DNA of 63,359 bases, the filler included, from Octopus bimaculoides (lineage: Eukaryota), in NCBI RefSeq assembly GCF_001194135.2. It is 5 parts of 4 records of this genome, joined end to end, with 100 filler letters (N's around TTAATTAATTAA, not from the genome) between each part and the next. Parts side by side here need not be neighbours in the genome. Positions count along the whole stretch, not along the records: positions 1 to 27,086 come from NC_068983.1; positions 27,187 to 56,399 come from NC_068981.1; 3 more parts are not named here. The stretch is one strand, 5' to 3'. The position numbers were made by a program, and so were the translations under genes. Under the pieces are notes generated by a model, which was not told the DNA's origin, did no database searches, and saw only the letters and a program-made list of their open reading frames with translations. This document shows positions 25,981 through 38,178 of the stretch, piece after piece (position 1 is the first letter of the stretch; the number at the start of each line of letters is the position of its first letter).

Positions 25981-26042
<62 letters not shown>

Positions 26043-26205
26043 ATATAGGGATCAGCAAAATTTGCTTCACCAACATACTGAAAATTTAGAAATAGCAGTT
26101 AAAACTACTAATTCTAACTACAATTAAGTCTCCAGCGGTTAGCAATATTCATGGCTCACATAGATAAAAGAGGAAAAATAAACAAAACAAACCTGCCGTT
26201 AGTTA

Positions 26206-26266
26206 ATCATGTACGACGTTTCGTGTTTAGAATTTTATAAAAATCCATTGCACTCTTCAGCATGAT
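26206..26266 (-). ncRNA. Type-I hammerhead ribozyme motif with canonical core, family 4
   Basis: RNA: AUCAUG-CUGAAGA-GUG-[CAAUGGAUUUUUAUAAAAUUCUAAA]-CAC-GAA-ACG-U-CGU-A-CAUGAU. 6-bp stem I, G-C closed stem II with inner 7-bp hairpin, ACG/CGU stem III, GUA cleavage triplet. Confidence 0.8.
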
Positions 26267-26469
26267 ATTCTAAATTATAAATCTGAAAATGCTAATAAAC
26301 CCATGTACATTTGACCACGCGACATCAAATATCACATAAGAAAAATCTGCATCTCCAAATTTATATCGACTAGTAAATTCCGTATCCCTCCTCAAATTAC
26401 CCCATGTGCGTCACGAATAGTCCCGCAGAAAAGATTGCAGTTTAACTATCCAGGTGTGTGTTTGCTACA

Positions 26470-26730
26470 CCACCACCACCACCACCACCACCATCACCAC
26501 TTGACAACTGTGTTGGTATATTTACACCCTTATAAATTAGCAACTTAGCAGTTTGGCAAAAAAGACCAACAGAATAAGCACCAGGCATATAAAAAAATAA
26601 TTACTGGGCCGATTCATTAGACTAAAATTTTTCAAGGTAGTGCTCCAGCATGGCTGCAGTCTAATGACTGAAGTAAGTAAAAGATAAAAGATATATATAT
26701 ATTGTATGTATATATATATATTGTATGTCT

Positions 26731-26776
<46 letters not shown>

Positions 26777-27040
26777 GCACACACACATGTCAAAGATGAC
26801 ATATGAGTGTTCAGTTAGTGCCGACTGACCTGCACAAATGATTTGTTTATAATGATCACTCCCTCCATCAAATCGATGTTATCTGAACAGGTGCCCCATG
26901 TACTATGCATTATGTGCTGAAGTGATTGCAGAGCAATGTGAGATGAAATGTTTTGCTCAAGAACACAATTCACCACCCAGTCTAGGAACTGAAACCCACA
27001 ATCTCATGACCATGAGTACAACACCCTAACCACTAGGCTA
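26470..27040. mobile_element. SINE-A 3' half (+, about 26470-26695) and SINE-D-related copy (-, about 26810-27040)
   Basis: Shared tail and head motifs with the other copies. Confidence 0.7.
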
Positions 27041-27041
27041 T

Positions 27042-27086
<45 letters not shown>

Positions 27087-27186
27087 NNNNNNNNNNNNNN
27101 NNNNNNNNNNNNNNNNNNNNNNNNNNNNNNTTAATTAATTAANNNNNNNNNNNNNNNNNNNNNNNNNNNNNNNNNNNNNNNNNNNN
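27087..27186. other. Artificial 100-bp spacer N44-TTAATTAATTAA-N44
   Basis: Identical construct at 56400-56499, 60430-60529 and 62094-62193. Confidence 0.9.
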
Positions 27187-27228
<42 letters not shown>

Positions 27229-27650
27229 GCATATGTATGTATGTATATTTATATGTATATATACACACATATATAAACACAAATATATACATAATATATA
27301 TATATATATATACATATATAATATATGTTTATAAATATGTGTATACACAAACATATACGCTGGTATACATGAATATATATATGTATATATATATGTGTGT
27401 ATGTATGTATGTATGTATGTATGTATGCATGCATGCATGTATACATGTATGTATGTATGTATGTATGTATGTATGTATGTGTGTGTGTATATAGGCCGTG
27501 CTGGAGAACAGTTTTCGCTAAACATATCGAGTCATTAAGTGAAACAACATAAAGTGACACAACTTATACAACAACACCTGTTTTTAGACCGTTGTAAACA
27601 TACAATCGGGCTCAGAAACGACATACATACATACATACATACATACATAA

Positions 27651-28083
27651 ATAGTTGAAATTTATAGAAAGACAAAAGACGAAGACAGGTGCAGGAACAT
27701 CAAGCAAGTGTATTAGTTTGACACTCGGGAAAAATGGAGAAGTCTTTTATGTTTCAAGCCTACGCTCTTCGACAGAAAAGAATAAAAGAAAATAAACAGA
27801 AAGAGAATGGAAAAAAAAACGTGTGGAGTTTAGAGATCCAACGTGGCAAATGATTGAAAAAAGAGGTTCAATGAAAGGGAGATAATAATGGTGGTGATAT
27901 GATGGTGACCCCAACAAGCTAAGGTGTGCAAACGTTTGTGTGTATTTGAGTATGGTGTGTGTGACTGTGTGTATGTGTGTGAATGTGGTAGAGTGAGTTT
28001 GACGTGTGTGTGTGTGTGTGTGTGCGTGCGTAACGTGTGTGCGTGTGTAACGTGTGTACTTTTTCACGTAGTGTGTGCACATT

Positions 28084-28137
<54 letters not shown>

Positions 28138-28870
28138 AGTGTGTGTGTGTGTCTGTGGCCAAATAGTGTGCATGTGTATTGTGCACGATGTGGGCCAAAG
28201 TTATCTTTGTCCATGTGTGTTGCGTGTATTTATGCGTGTTGCCTGTATGTATATATATTGTCCATGTTCAAGTATTATGTGCTTGTGTAGATATGTGTGT
28301 ATATATTCTCTGTGTTCAGGTGTTGTGTGTTTGTGTGGATGTGGGAGTGTGCATGATGGTGTGTGATGTGTACTGAGTTAGACAGTGAGTGTGACTGCTC
28401 ATATAGCGGTATGTGTGGTGACGCTATTGAAGATTGTGTGTGGGTGGTGGCTAGTGCTAGTGTGTGTGGAGTTGGAAGGTGTTGTAGGTATGTGTGTAAT
28501 GGTGTGTGAAGTGAATGATGAGTTGAACAATGTGTATGGGGTTGTGTATAGTGGTGCGTGTGGGTGAGGGTACCGAGGTGGGTGGTATGCAGATGTGTAG
28601 GTGGAGGGGACAGTTAAATGTAGGAGATGTGTGGGAATCCGTGTGGAGTTAGTGTAAAATGAAGAGAGGAGGTGAGGTTGGTGTCAGATGAAGAGAGGAG
28701 GTAAGTTGAGACCATGTGGTGCAAAGGAACGAAGAGAGAAGATTAATTCTTGTTCTCAGCGAAGGCCGGAGTCTGTGTGGTCCCTGTGCAGAGACAGTCC
28801 GAACACACACAGATGTTGTAGCGAATGACCGGTAGAGCGGAAATGTGTCATTGCCGAGTTCGATGTCTAA
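27651..28870 (-). mobile_element. Penelope-like element 3' end: GIY-YIG C-terminus, CA-rich 3' region, hammerhead-bearing terminal repeat
   Basis: 28700-28865 translates DIELGNDT/HFRSTGHSLQHLCVFGLSLHRDHTDSGLR*EQELIFSLRSFAPHGLN, matching the HF...GHS...EQ..IF.L....P.GLN ending of PLE endonucleases. Same-strand hammerhead-like motif at 27744-27779. Confidence 0.8.
27744..27779 (-). ncRNA. Minimal hammerhead-like motif, family 2, CpG-decayed
   Basis: UUUU-CUGUCGA-A-GAGC-GUAG-GCUU-GAAACAUA-AAAG. Confidence 0.6.
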
Positions 28871-29165
28871 CATACATACATATATACAGCTTCTATATCC
28901 AGATTACAAATCTACATTTATACCAATAATAATTGGTGCACTTGGTTTTGTAAGTAAATGCCTAACTGACAGTCTAGATAAGCTTGAATTTTCAGAAAAA
29001 AGTAATCAACTAACTTTTTCGTACTTTACAATTACAATCTATAAGTGGAACAGTAAAACTATGCAAGATACTTCTTGAGTTTAGAATGTGACATTGTTTT
29101 CGTTATTTACATTCCTGCGATGGAGCGTTGTGTCTTTGTTAGAAACCAGTTCCTACTTCAGAAGA
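28871..29165 (+). mobile_element. 5'-truncated RLE-type (R4-like) LINE C-terminus and 3' UTR
   Basis: QLLYPDYKSTFIPIIIGALGFVSKCLTDSLDKLEF is homologous to 53509-53760; preceded by (CATA)n. Confidence 0.75.
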
Positions 29166-29194
29166 AGAATTTGAATAATTAAAAACAGAAAAAT

Positions 29195-29239
<45 letters not shown>

Positions 29240-29260
29240 CAAAGAGATAGATAGATAGAC

Positions 29261-29326
<66 letters not shown>

Positions 29327-31120
29327 GAGGGTCTTCATAGGGTTTCTCTCAACGAAATGATTAACATTAGGCTATAGTAGAAGATATTACTAGCCCGCCC
29401 AGAGTGCTGTACAATGAGATCGGATCCTGGAATCATGCGGCTTCGCGGCAATCTTCTTAACGACATCATTGTCTCTACACCTGTATTACATATGCTTGTA
29501 TATACTTATGTAATGATATTTTATATCAAAAATATTTCTTATCTTTAATTAAACTAAAAAAATATTTCCTGTTCGACTTGATAACTTATGCGTTATAGCG
29601 CTAAGTAAATTACTATGTTTTTTTAACGTGTTTCTCGAATTATTTTTCTGGTTCTTAGTCATGCGAAGTATATGTTTCAAACACTTCCCAAGAAATGGTA
29701 GATACCGTATTTGATAGCACGTGTGTACGATGTACTTTCTTCCAAGAAAAAATATGTCTCAAAAAAATCAACCTGGGACCTGATGCCAGTCTTTTACAAG
29801 TAACATTTCCTAAAAATCTGGTAGCAGTTCTTGAAAATTAAGCGAACTGAGCCGTATAAACATGCAATGTAAGTATCGCTAGTTTAACGGAACTCTTGCA
29901 ATATATTAATTCAATATAAGAACCATCTATAACAATTTTGTTTCTATACTTCTACCCAGAAGTTTATCTAGTTACTAAGATGATGAAAATTTTGATCTGA
30001 TATTAAATGTAAAACGAATTAACAATACTTTGCATTTCGGAGATGGAATTCTATCAAAGGATAAAAGTAGATAACTTATAAAATGTCGAAATTAAGCCTT
30101 TAGTTCATTATGTATTTTTAACTATTGTAAGTTCTAACCATACTGAAACACTACCTCATTTACAATCAATTGTTTTGAGTAATGTTTATGTTGTAGCACC
30201 CTAACCACTAAGCCATGTGCCTTGGCCGTATTATATAAACTTATATAATATTGATGCACTAACCCACAGGAAGTGGATTTGCAGTGATATTTGTGTGGGG
30301 ATAAAATCTCTTGCTATATTTGTGCTGAGTCTATAGGCTTTACGTCCAAATTCTGTCATGGCCATCTTTGCCTTTTACTCTTTTGAAGTCGGTATATCTA
30401 ATTATCAATTCAGAATGGTGATATTTGTTTCAGCTCTTTCTATTCTGTGTTCTTGGTTGACAGACTCGATCCATCTAGACACATGTAACCTATTTTTCTA
30501 ATATTGTACTAACAAGCAAACAATCCAAGTGTCGATCCAACCTTTCTTTTCACCATAGAATTAAAACGCTTTACTCTGTTCAGTATTTTATAACGAAGGA
30601 GATTCTGTTGAAGATTGAAACAATATGGCGGAGTTGGCGTCCAAGAGAGATAAATCAAACAGGTAGCAAAGCAGTAAATTGCTACGTCAAAGAACAGATA
30701 GTGATGAGAAAGTGTTTTCCCGTTCATTACTTTCTGCACTTCAACATATAGTTCTAAACCCGGTTCAACACTACCACCTGGTTCTTGCGAGTCTCTAGCA
30801 GAATCCACTCTGTTGCAAATATTCAGTCCAGGTCTCCGATTTGAATATAACTTCCTCTATTCTTCGCTCAAGTTAGGAACTGTAAAAATAAGGGATTATG
30901 GATGCTGCATTTCTTTTCCCTGAAAAAACGTAAAATGTCGATAACTGTAAAAGTGATTCATCTGATCAGAATGATTTCTATAAGAAGAGTTGTCTCTCTA
31001 CTCAACAACATGAAGCTCAAATGCAGTAAGATCGAACCCAGATCCACGAGATTAAAAAAGCAGACTTCGTAACCAACCTTCCTGGGCATATATGCTGACA
31101 TAAATAAAGTCACACGACTT

Positions 31121-31170
31121 ATTTCAGGAATGGAAATTTCAGGAATGGAAATTTCAGGAATGGAAATTTC
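31121..31170. repeat. 15-bp tandem repeat atttcaggaatggaa, 3.3 copies
   Basis: Perfect copies at 31121, 31136 and 31151. Confidence 0.95.
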
Positions 31171-32042
31171 TCGAACTCGGTTCCTGATCTTTTTTGTCAA
31201 AAGCTTTCCTGCATTGTAACGTGCTGGCCACATTTCTAATCGAGTTAAAGACTTTTCATCAATCATAAAATGTCAGATTCGAGTATCATTTATAGATTCA
31301 TCTTTCAGAATCTAAGAGGTCTTGTACTTCTAATCAATCTAAAATGCTTAATAACTGAAGAACAGTTTCCATTTACAACAAGCTTCCTAAAAACAGTAAT
31401 TCGATATTTTTCTGTTAAATGCATAATTAGTCACGTAATGTTTCATAGATTAAGTTACTGGTACAGCGAAAAAGACATCATTTTCAAGATCAATTCAAGA
31501 ATTATCGTTAGTTGCACCGGAATACTTCTCTCAAACTCACATGAGCTCAACATTACAAACTGACAAAATACTGTTTAATTATGCTGTCTCCTAGAATAAG
31601 CCCTGATTTTTACATCCTCAGTATATTTAATTTTACAGTCTACATACAATGAGCAATTCAGAGTGAATGGCCGGTGTCTGGGTATAAATTTAATCCTTTC
31701 CTATCTGTAATTTCTCGCCTTGGCCTCGCGCTACAACTCGTATTTCTTGAAGTAATTTTGAAGTTTACTTTTTTTCTTTCAAACTTTTTTCAAATCAACG
31801 CAATTGTTGTAATAAACGTTCTTGGCAGAGAACCAGGCCACCTCTTATCGAGATGACTTATTACTAAAGGCGTTCCATTCTTGACCATTCCGTTTGTTTT
31901 TCTCTTTTATTCTTTTTTTTACAACGTGCCATTTATTATTTAAGACGGTAAATAACGAGTCGAAGGCGACTTAGTTGCAAATTCGCTAATTCTAAGTTTT
32001 AGCGACTACGCACGGAGACCTCTTCGTTGATTTCGTATTAAG

Positions 32043-32207
32043 GAAGTTGACATGACGAATACCGAAGCTCTCACTAGTTACACTACTTATGTTAACAACT
32101 GCAACAACTGTTTAGACAAATCATTGAGAAAAGAACACGTGCCAGACATTACTGTAAATTATGATGCCGTTCATTCACTCGGATACATGTCACCGCGACT
32201 TCCTGCA
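32043..32207 (+). CDS. Candidate internal exon (165 bp, phase 0-0), product unknown
   Basis: tttcgtattaAG acceptor, open frame EVDMTNTEALTSYTTYVNNCNNCLDKSLRKEHVPDITVNYDAVHSLGYMSPRLPA, GTGAGA donor. No family recognised; could be chance. Confidence 0.2.
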
Positions 32208-32503
32208 GTGAGATGACTTCGCTGTCAGAAAACCTAATTTCTCAAGTTTCTCATTATATTCAAATATATATTTTATGCAGAAAATCAAAACATAGATTAT
32301 GTTTCAATTTCAATACTTGATAGAAAGAAAAAACAATATTAGATTTTCGTTTAGACTTAATTACTGCTTCCCGAAAACATTAACTCGTTTTAAAATGGTT
32401 CACAGCACACTTGTCGACTGACATTTCAAGAGATACGTTTGCAAATATACATACAAATCCTGTAAGATTTCATACAAATTTTCTCACGACAAATTTATAT
32501 ATG

Positions 32504-32534
<31 letters not shown>

Positions 32535-33149
32535 NNNNNNNNNNNNNNNNNNNNNNNNNNNNNNNNNNNNNNNNNNNNNNNNNNNNNNNNNNNNNNNNNN
32601 NNNNNNNNNNNNNNNNNNNNNNNNNNNNNNNNNNNNNNNNNNNNNNNNNNNNNNNNNNNNNNNNNNNNNNNNNNNNNNNNNNNNNNNNNNNNNNNNNNNN
32701 NNNNNNNNNNNNNNNNNNNNNNNNNNNNNNNNNNNNNNNNNNNNNNNNNNNNNNNNNNNNNNNNNNNNNNNNNNNNNNNNNNNNNNNNNNNNNNNNNNNN
32801 NNNNNNNNNNNNNNNNNNNNNNNNNNNNNNNNNNNNNNNNNNNNNNNNNNNNNNNNNNNNNNNNNNNNNNNNNNNNNNNNNNNNNNNNNNNNNNNNNNNN
32901 NNNNNNNNNNNNNNNNNNNNNNNNNNNNNNNNNNNNNNNNNNNNNNNNNNNNNNNNNNNNNNNNNNNNNNNNNNNNNNNNNNNNNNNNNNNNNNNNNNNN
33001 NNNNNNNNNNNNNNNNNNNNNNNNNNNNNNNNNNNNNNNNNNNNNNNNNNNNNNNNNNNNNNNNNNNNNNNNNNNNNNNNNNNNNNNNNNNNNNNNNNNN
33101 NNNNNNNNNNNNNNNNNNNNNNNNNNNNNNNNNATATATATATTGAACT

Positions 33150-33320
33150 TTCTGTCCGCAGAAGCCATGATAGATCATTGACCAAACACCATTCAATTTT
33201 TTTTCTCCTTGTTTACTCCGTATTCTTTCTGTTGAAGAGCGTCGAGCTAATGCATCCTTTTGTTGTTTACACCACCTGTCCTCGTCTGTTGTTTTTTTTT
33301 TTCGTACATTCTCCCATATA
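33150..33320 (+). mobile_element. Penelope terminal-repeat fragment, family 2, hammerhead internally deleted
   Basis: ctttctgttgaagagcgt|cgagctaatgcatcc...ttgttgtttacacc is colinear with 47340-47548 minus about 40 bp. Confidence 0.7.
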
Positions 33321-34049
33321 TACATATATAATGTAATTTAGATTCAGTTGAATTAGGTACTTAAAATGAGGCACTTTGTTAGGACGATCTTATTTGCACA
33401 CTCAGACAATATTCTACATAGAACTTTTTCCACCCGATATTCATGTAGTGTATGCAGGTGGCACGATCCATCTTAGTGAATAAATCCGCTCTTGTTTGTT
33501 CAGACATGTACTTTACATAAAGATATCTTCCAAATACTTCTGAAGTGCAGATTCCAGAGTGGTCGCAAGGTTACCGTCAGTTTGGCGCCAAATATTGCCA
33601 CTAGACAATATTGAGTCTAGGTTACTTCAGTAGTCTTAAAAGTGTTGACCGAAATTCAGTGAAAAATATTTGAAGGAAGAAAGAAGAAAGGAAGATTACC
33701 CAGAAATTGATGCTAGTCATAGTTAAAATGTGTAAGTTATATATGTACCCTTTTTAGATCAAAAACGGACTCGACTAAGTCGTCAGACCGAATTTGTGCC
33801 TATGAGAGCATATTTAAAAATTTCCCTCATCGAGTTTAGAAAGCGCTCGGAACCTGTGAATATTTTAGAACGAATTTTTTCTACGTTAGCTGTATATGGT
33901 GATTAAAGGAGAACACAACACCGTATAAAATCAGCTGAAAGTCCTCATCTTAAAAAAAGACGAATGAACATAGTAGATAATCTAGAATTAGATACCCATA
34001 GTAACGGCTGAAATGCTTTTCATCATAGATTTACATGATTAAGTCTGAC

Positions 34050-34310
34050 ACTGCAACACTCGCTGTTTTACGACAATGCTACTCTTCCTTTTCTCATTTA
34101 CGACCATGCTACACTCTATTTTACAATCTTACTACACGCTCTATTTTGCATGCCTGCTATTCTTTCACTCAATTTGGCATACCTCACTCACACTCGACTT
34201 TAATTCACTATCGCGCTATTTCCGACCTTGCTACACTCTCACTTTATTTTACGAGTCTGCTGTTCTTTCACTCTATTTTACGACCTTCCATATTCTCACT
34301 CTATTTTTAA
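34050..34310. repeat. Degenerate minisatellite, unit about 24 bp (ctctattttacgacc...gctacact)
   Basis: Recurrent ctctatttta and tacgacc words. Confidence 0.6.
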
Positions 34311-34514
34311 TTCTTTTTTTTTATCGTTTCCGTTTTTAACTTAGCCAGAAACCTTACAAGATTTTATCTAAAATTAGTTTTAAATGACCTGTTATCGCTT
34401 CGTAATCTACGCTGTTCGTTTAATTAAGATATTAAATGACTAATTAAGGCACTAATACAGATCTACATGTTCTTACTTTCGGATGGTATCTCTTAATTAG
34501 AATGAATCCATTTG

Positions 34515-34550
<36 letters not shown>

Positions 34551-34780
34551 TTCTTTATTGCCCACAGTGAGGCTGAACATAGAGGGGACAAACAAGGACA
34601 GACAAATGGATTAAGTCGACTACATCGATCACAGTGCGTAACTGGTACTTATTTAATCGACCCCGAAAGGATGAAGAGCAAAGTCGACCTCGGCGGAATT
34701 TGAACTCAGAACGTAACGGCAGACGAAATGCCGCTAAGAATTTCGCCCGGCGTGCTAACGATTCTGCCATCTCGTCGCCC
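34551..34780 (-). mobile_element. SINE-B full copy
   Basis: Head gggcgacgagatggcagaatcgttagcacgccgggcg; core ttctgagttcaaattccgccgaggtcgactttgctcttcatcctttcggggtcgatt. Confidence 0.88.
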
Positions 34781-35193
34781 TGGAACATTGGTTATATATA
34801 TAAGAGGCATAAATAACAAGTTTAACACCTGTTTAAAATTTGGTGGAGGCTTTCACCTTAGGTCGTTGAACTCAAAACATTCATTTTAATATTATTGCTT
34901 CTGAACTATTTCAACTATGTCAGTTATTTTACGTGAGGGGCAACTTTATCAAGGAGTAACTCTATGCTTTCATGAGATCATGAGATATTTTTATCCCAAC
35001 ACGACCTAACGACTCTACTTCCTACGGCAGAGAGACACATTGAACCAATGAAATGACATCCGGCTCATGTTCATAAGATTGTGAGTTCAATTTATGGGTC
35101 CAGCAGTGCATTGTGTCCTTGAGCAAGGTACTTTATTTCACGTTGCGTCAGTCTATTCAGTTGTAAGTGAAAATCAGCCGGGTGCTGCTGCAG

Positions 35194-35232
<39 letters not shown>

Positions 35233-36431
35233 CCTTTCTCCCTCTCTCTCTCTCTCTCTCTCTCCCTCCCTCCCTCTCTTCTTTCTCTTTCCCCCCGTTT
35301 CACGCACACACATACACATATACACACACATGCATGCATACATGCATACATACAATCACATGTACATATATGCATATGTATACACACACACATACTCACA
35401 CACGCTGTACTCCTAGTTTCTAGGAATAGTAGCTACATTTCCCTCAAATCTCACCGTCCGTCTTATTCTCTTAGAAAAAGGAAGATACAATTGACAACGT
35501 AATCCCGGGCATACGAAAAAATGGAAAGAAATGGTCACCGCTGGAACGCCTCTCATAGATTTGGTTGATCCTCGCTGACCCTTGAGCTAATCAACAAGTT
35601 AATAAAACAATTACACCTACACATTCATACCTACACACACATAGCAACACAGCTACGACAGCCACAATGTCTTCCCAACCTAGTTTTTACCCCCCCCCCT
35701 CCCTTTCCCATACATTTTGATCCTATTTTCGTTGACACGGCAGACAATTTAATCTCTCGTTATTTTCAAACTTAAACGTGACTATATATAAAGGGTAAAT
35801 GTAATTTTCTTCCCACTGAAAATCTCTACAAAATGTCTCTACCGGTGCTGTCGGATGTTCTTAATCAACATCCTCACCATCATCATCGTCGCCGTCGTCA
35901 TCTTCCTCATCATTATTACCGGCACCAACACCACCACACCATCATCATCATTATCATTGCCGCCGTCATAATAATGATCATGACCATGATGATGATGATG
36001 ATGATTTCATTTGTTTGCCACCAGGGCGAAGAATGAGGGAGACAATACAACGACAGACACAGAATTTTGGCACAAGGCCTGAAATTTGGGGGGAAGGAGC
36101 CAGTCAATTTGTATGAGATACACGTCAAAATGTATGAGATAAACGCAGTTGATGTTCTTGTTGAATAACTGCAACTATATAACTAGAGGAAAATCATAGA
36201 CAAGGAGGGAATTCCTAAGGACCGATATTTTAGGGCTCGGTGATTTAGTTAGCTCGGGGCCCAGGTGATGGACTCATCGTGGGTGACAAGTGACGGATCG
36301 AAGTTAATTGGAAGTGCCTGAGTATAGGCGACGTAAGTCCAAGCCCCGAGGTGTAAAGGTGATTGCATTAGCTATAAAAACCACAGAGAAAGATAGCACA
36401 TCTGTAGATCAGAAGTTGATGTGTGTGTGTG

Positions 36432-36486
<55 letters not shown>

Positions 36487-36832
36487 TTAAGGCTTAGGGT
36501 CCAGGAGTATATTCATACGTTCGTATAAGTATCAGCAACATCGTCCCAGATGCAGAAGCAGTATTTTATTATGACTCTAACCTGAGCTTTCTAGAAAATT
36601 GTTGGATGCTGAAATATATTTTGGGCCTTGAGGCGGAAGGCCTGCCTTTGTGATACAGTATTTGTTTAGTTGAGGACGTGCGTTAGCCAGAAGAGATCCT
36701 CAGATTCCCAGTGCTGATGACACTCAGTGTTTAGAGTGAACGTGAGGATTCTAGTCACACGGTGAATATGCTACTGTTCTCGTGATAAGCGTAGTGATTG
36801 AATTTTGTGATACTGAAGGAGGCAAAACTGGT

Positions 36833-37950
36833 GTGATTTCATTACATGACAGTCACTCAACCCTCAAATTCTTTTTTAACTGCCCCATCACACTTGAAGC
36901 CAGCACCTCTACATTTATCCACCTTGCAGAATTTGTCGTTCCTCTAAATCGCGCCTCCTTCACCAATGGTTTCTGCTAACTTATGAACGGAGTAACCATG
37001 GGTACGACAACTTGTTCATGGATCATGTAAGGTTCAAGTTTTAATCTGCTTACTGGGCCGGCCCCTGGGATATATGACCATTACGTCGATGATTGCATTG
37101 ATGCCACCACCTGACCTATCAGAGAGTAACTCACGCGTTTCATGTCCTTTATCAATAATTTCCACTTACCTTAACGATCTCTAAAACCCCACAGACTTCC
37201 GAGACATCTTTGTTTTTATCAACACCCACTACATTTCCATGTTGGTTAACAATAAGTATGCGGAATTTCAATTCTATATCAACTTTTCTTCCTTGCATTC
37301 CACTTACTCTAAGCTTGCCATCTCTTTCTCACAATTCTTCCAACTTACCACCAATTCTGCAATAAAGACCCCGACTTCCTTTCCAAATACATCATTTTCT
37401 TCTTCGCATGCAGGTGATCTGCAACTTGTCATGGGCGTAGGAGTATATTCGTACGTTCGTATAAGTATCAGCAACATCGTCCCAGATGCAGAAGCAATAT
37501 TTTATTATGAACAATAATCAATCATAAACCAACTCTGAATAATAAACATTCGCTGCACGTAGTATGTACGGTCACATTGCAGCTTGTTAGCAGAGCAACA
37601 CGTAATACACAAGGGTGGGCAAAAGAAGATACAGTTGCTTTATATCAGTGGAATGTTCTTTTCACCGAGTTCAATCTATCACTCATACTTATTGCACTCA
37701 CTCCACGCATTCCCACGCCTCGAAGCTAAACTCACTTCCCTTTTCACGTTTACACCGAGACTCGGTTACTTCAATATACGCTCTTTCGCAAGTCTGCCTT
37801 CTGCTACCCGATACTGAAACCGCCTTTCTTCATTCAACGTGATCTACCATTTTCCCTATACTTCTTCCAAACTTATATACTACCGCCTGCACAACTTGCA
37901 AGGCCTGTAATCGCCATTTTGGAGACAAACTCCGCGAGCATTTATTTACT
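36833..37950 (+). mobile_element. Decayed Penelope-like element (RT, thumb, GIY-YIG), interrupted at 37439-37664
   Basis: LKFF...STSTFIHLAEFV..LN...MNGVTMGT; NLFMDHV; TGPAPGIYDHYVDDCIDA...RFMSFINNFH; FSSLH....KLAISFSQF; after the insertion, SSKLIY / ACTTCKA / RHFGDKLREHL. Confidence 0.85.
37439..37664. repeat. Composite insertion: direct copy of 36503-36574 fused to inverted copy of 38694-38850
   Basis: 70/72 and about 146/157 identities by hand alignment; the two pieces overlap on a shared TGA at 37508-37510. Confidence 0.9.
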
Positions 37951-38178
37951 GAACGTTCGTAGTAAAACAATTGTAACTTGAAAATTTTACTCACCACGTC
38001 CAACCCCACCCCACCCGCCTCAGACCCGCCTCAGACCCGCCTTCAGTCGGTGGTATTCTTCAGCACTTCCGCTCAAAATAAATTTTCAAAAACAAGAAAA
38101 ACTGGCAGGTCTTCGACTGATATGTCTTTACGTTGTGTTGCATGCATATTTTTTTAAAACAGTATATGCAGTTGTATA

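Noticed and set aside
30958-31266. 102-aa ORF with EISIP repeats
   Set aside because: The repeat is a perfect 15-bp DNA triplication, and the ORF tail overlaps a degenerate SINE-A-like head at about 31020-31085.
33765-33790. CUGACGA on the minus strand
   Set aside because: No downstream GAAA or enclosing stems.
36696-36749. CUGAUGA followed by a CACUC/GAGUG hairpin near the Penelope RT
   Set aside because: GAAA is one A short, the would-be cleavage base is G, and no stem I abuts the core.
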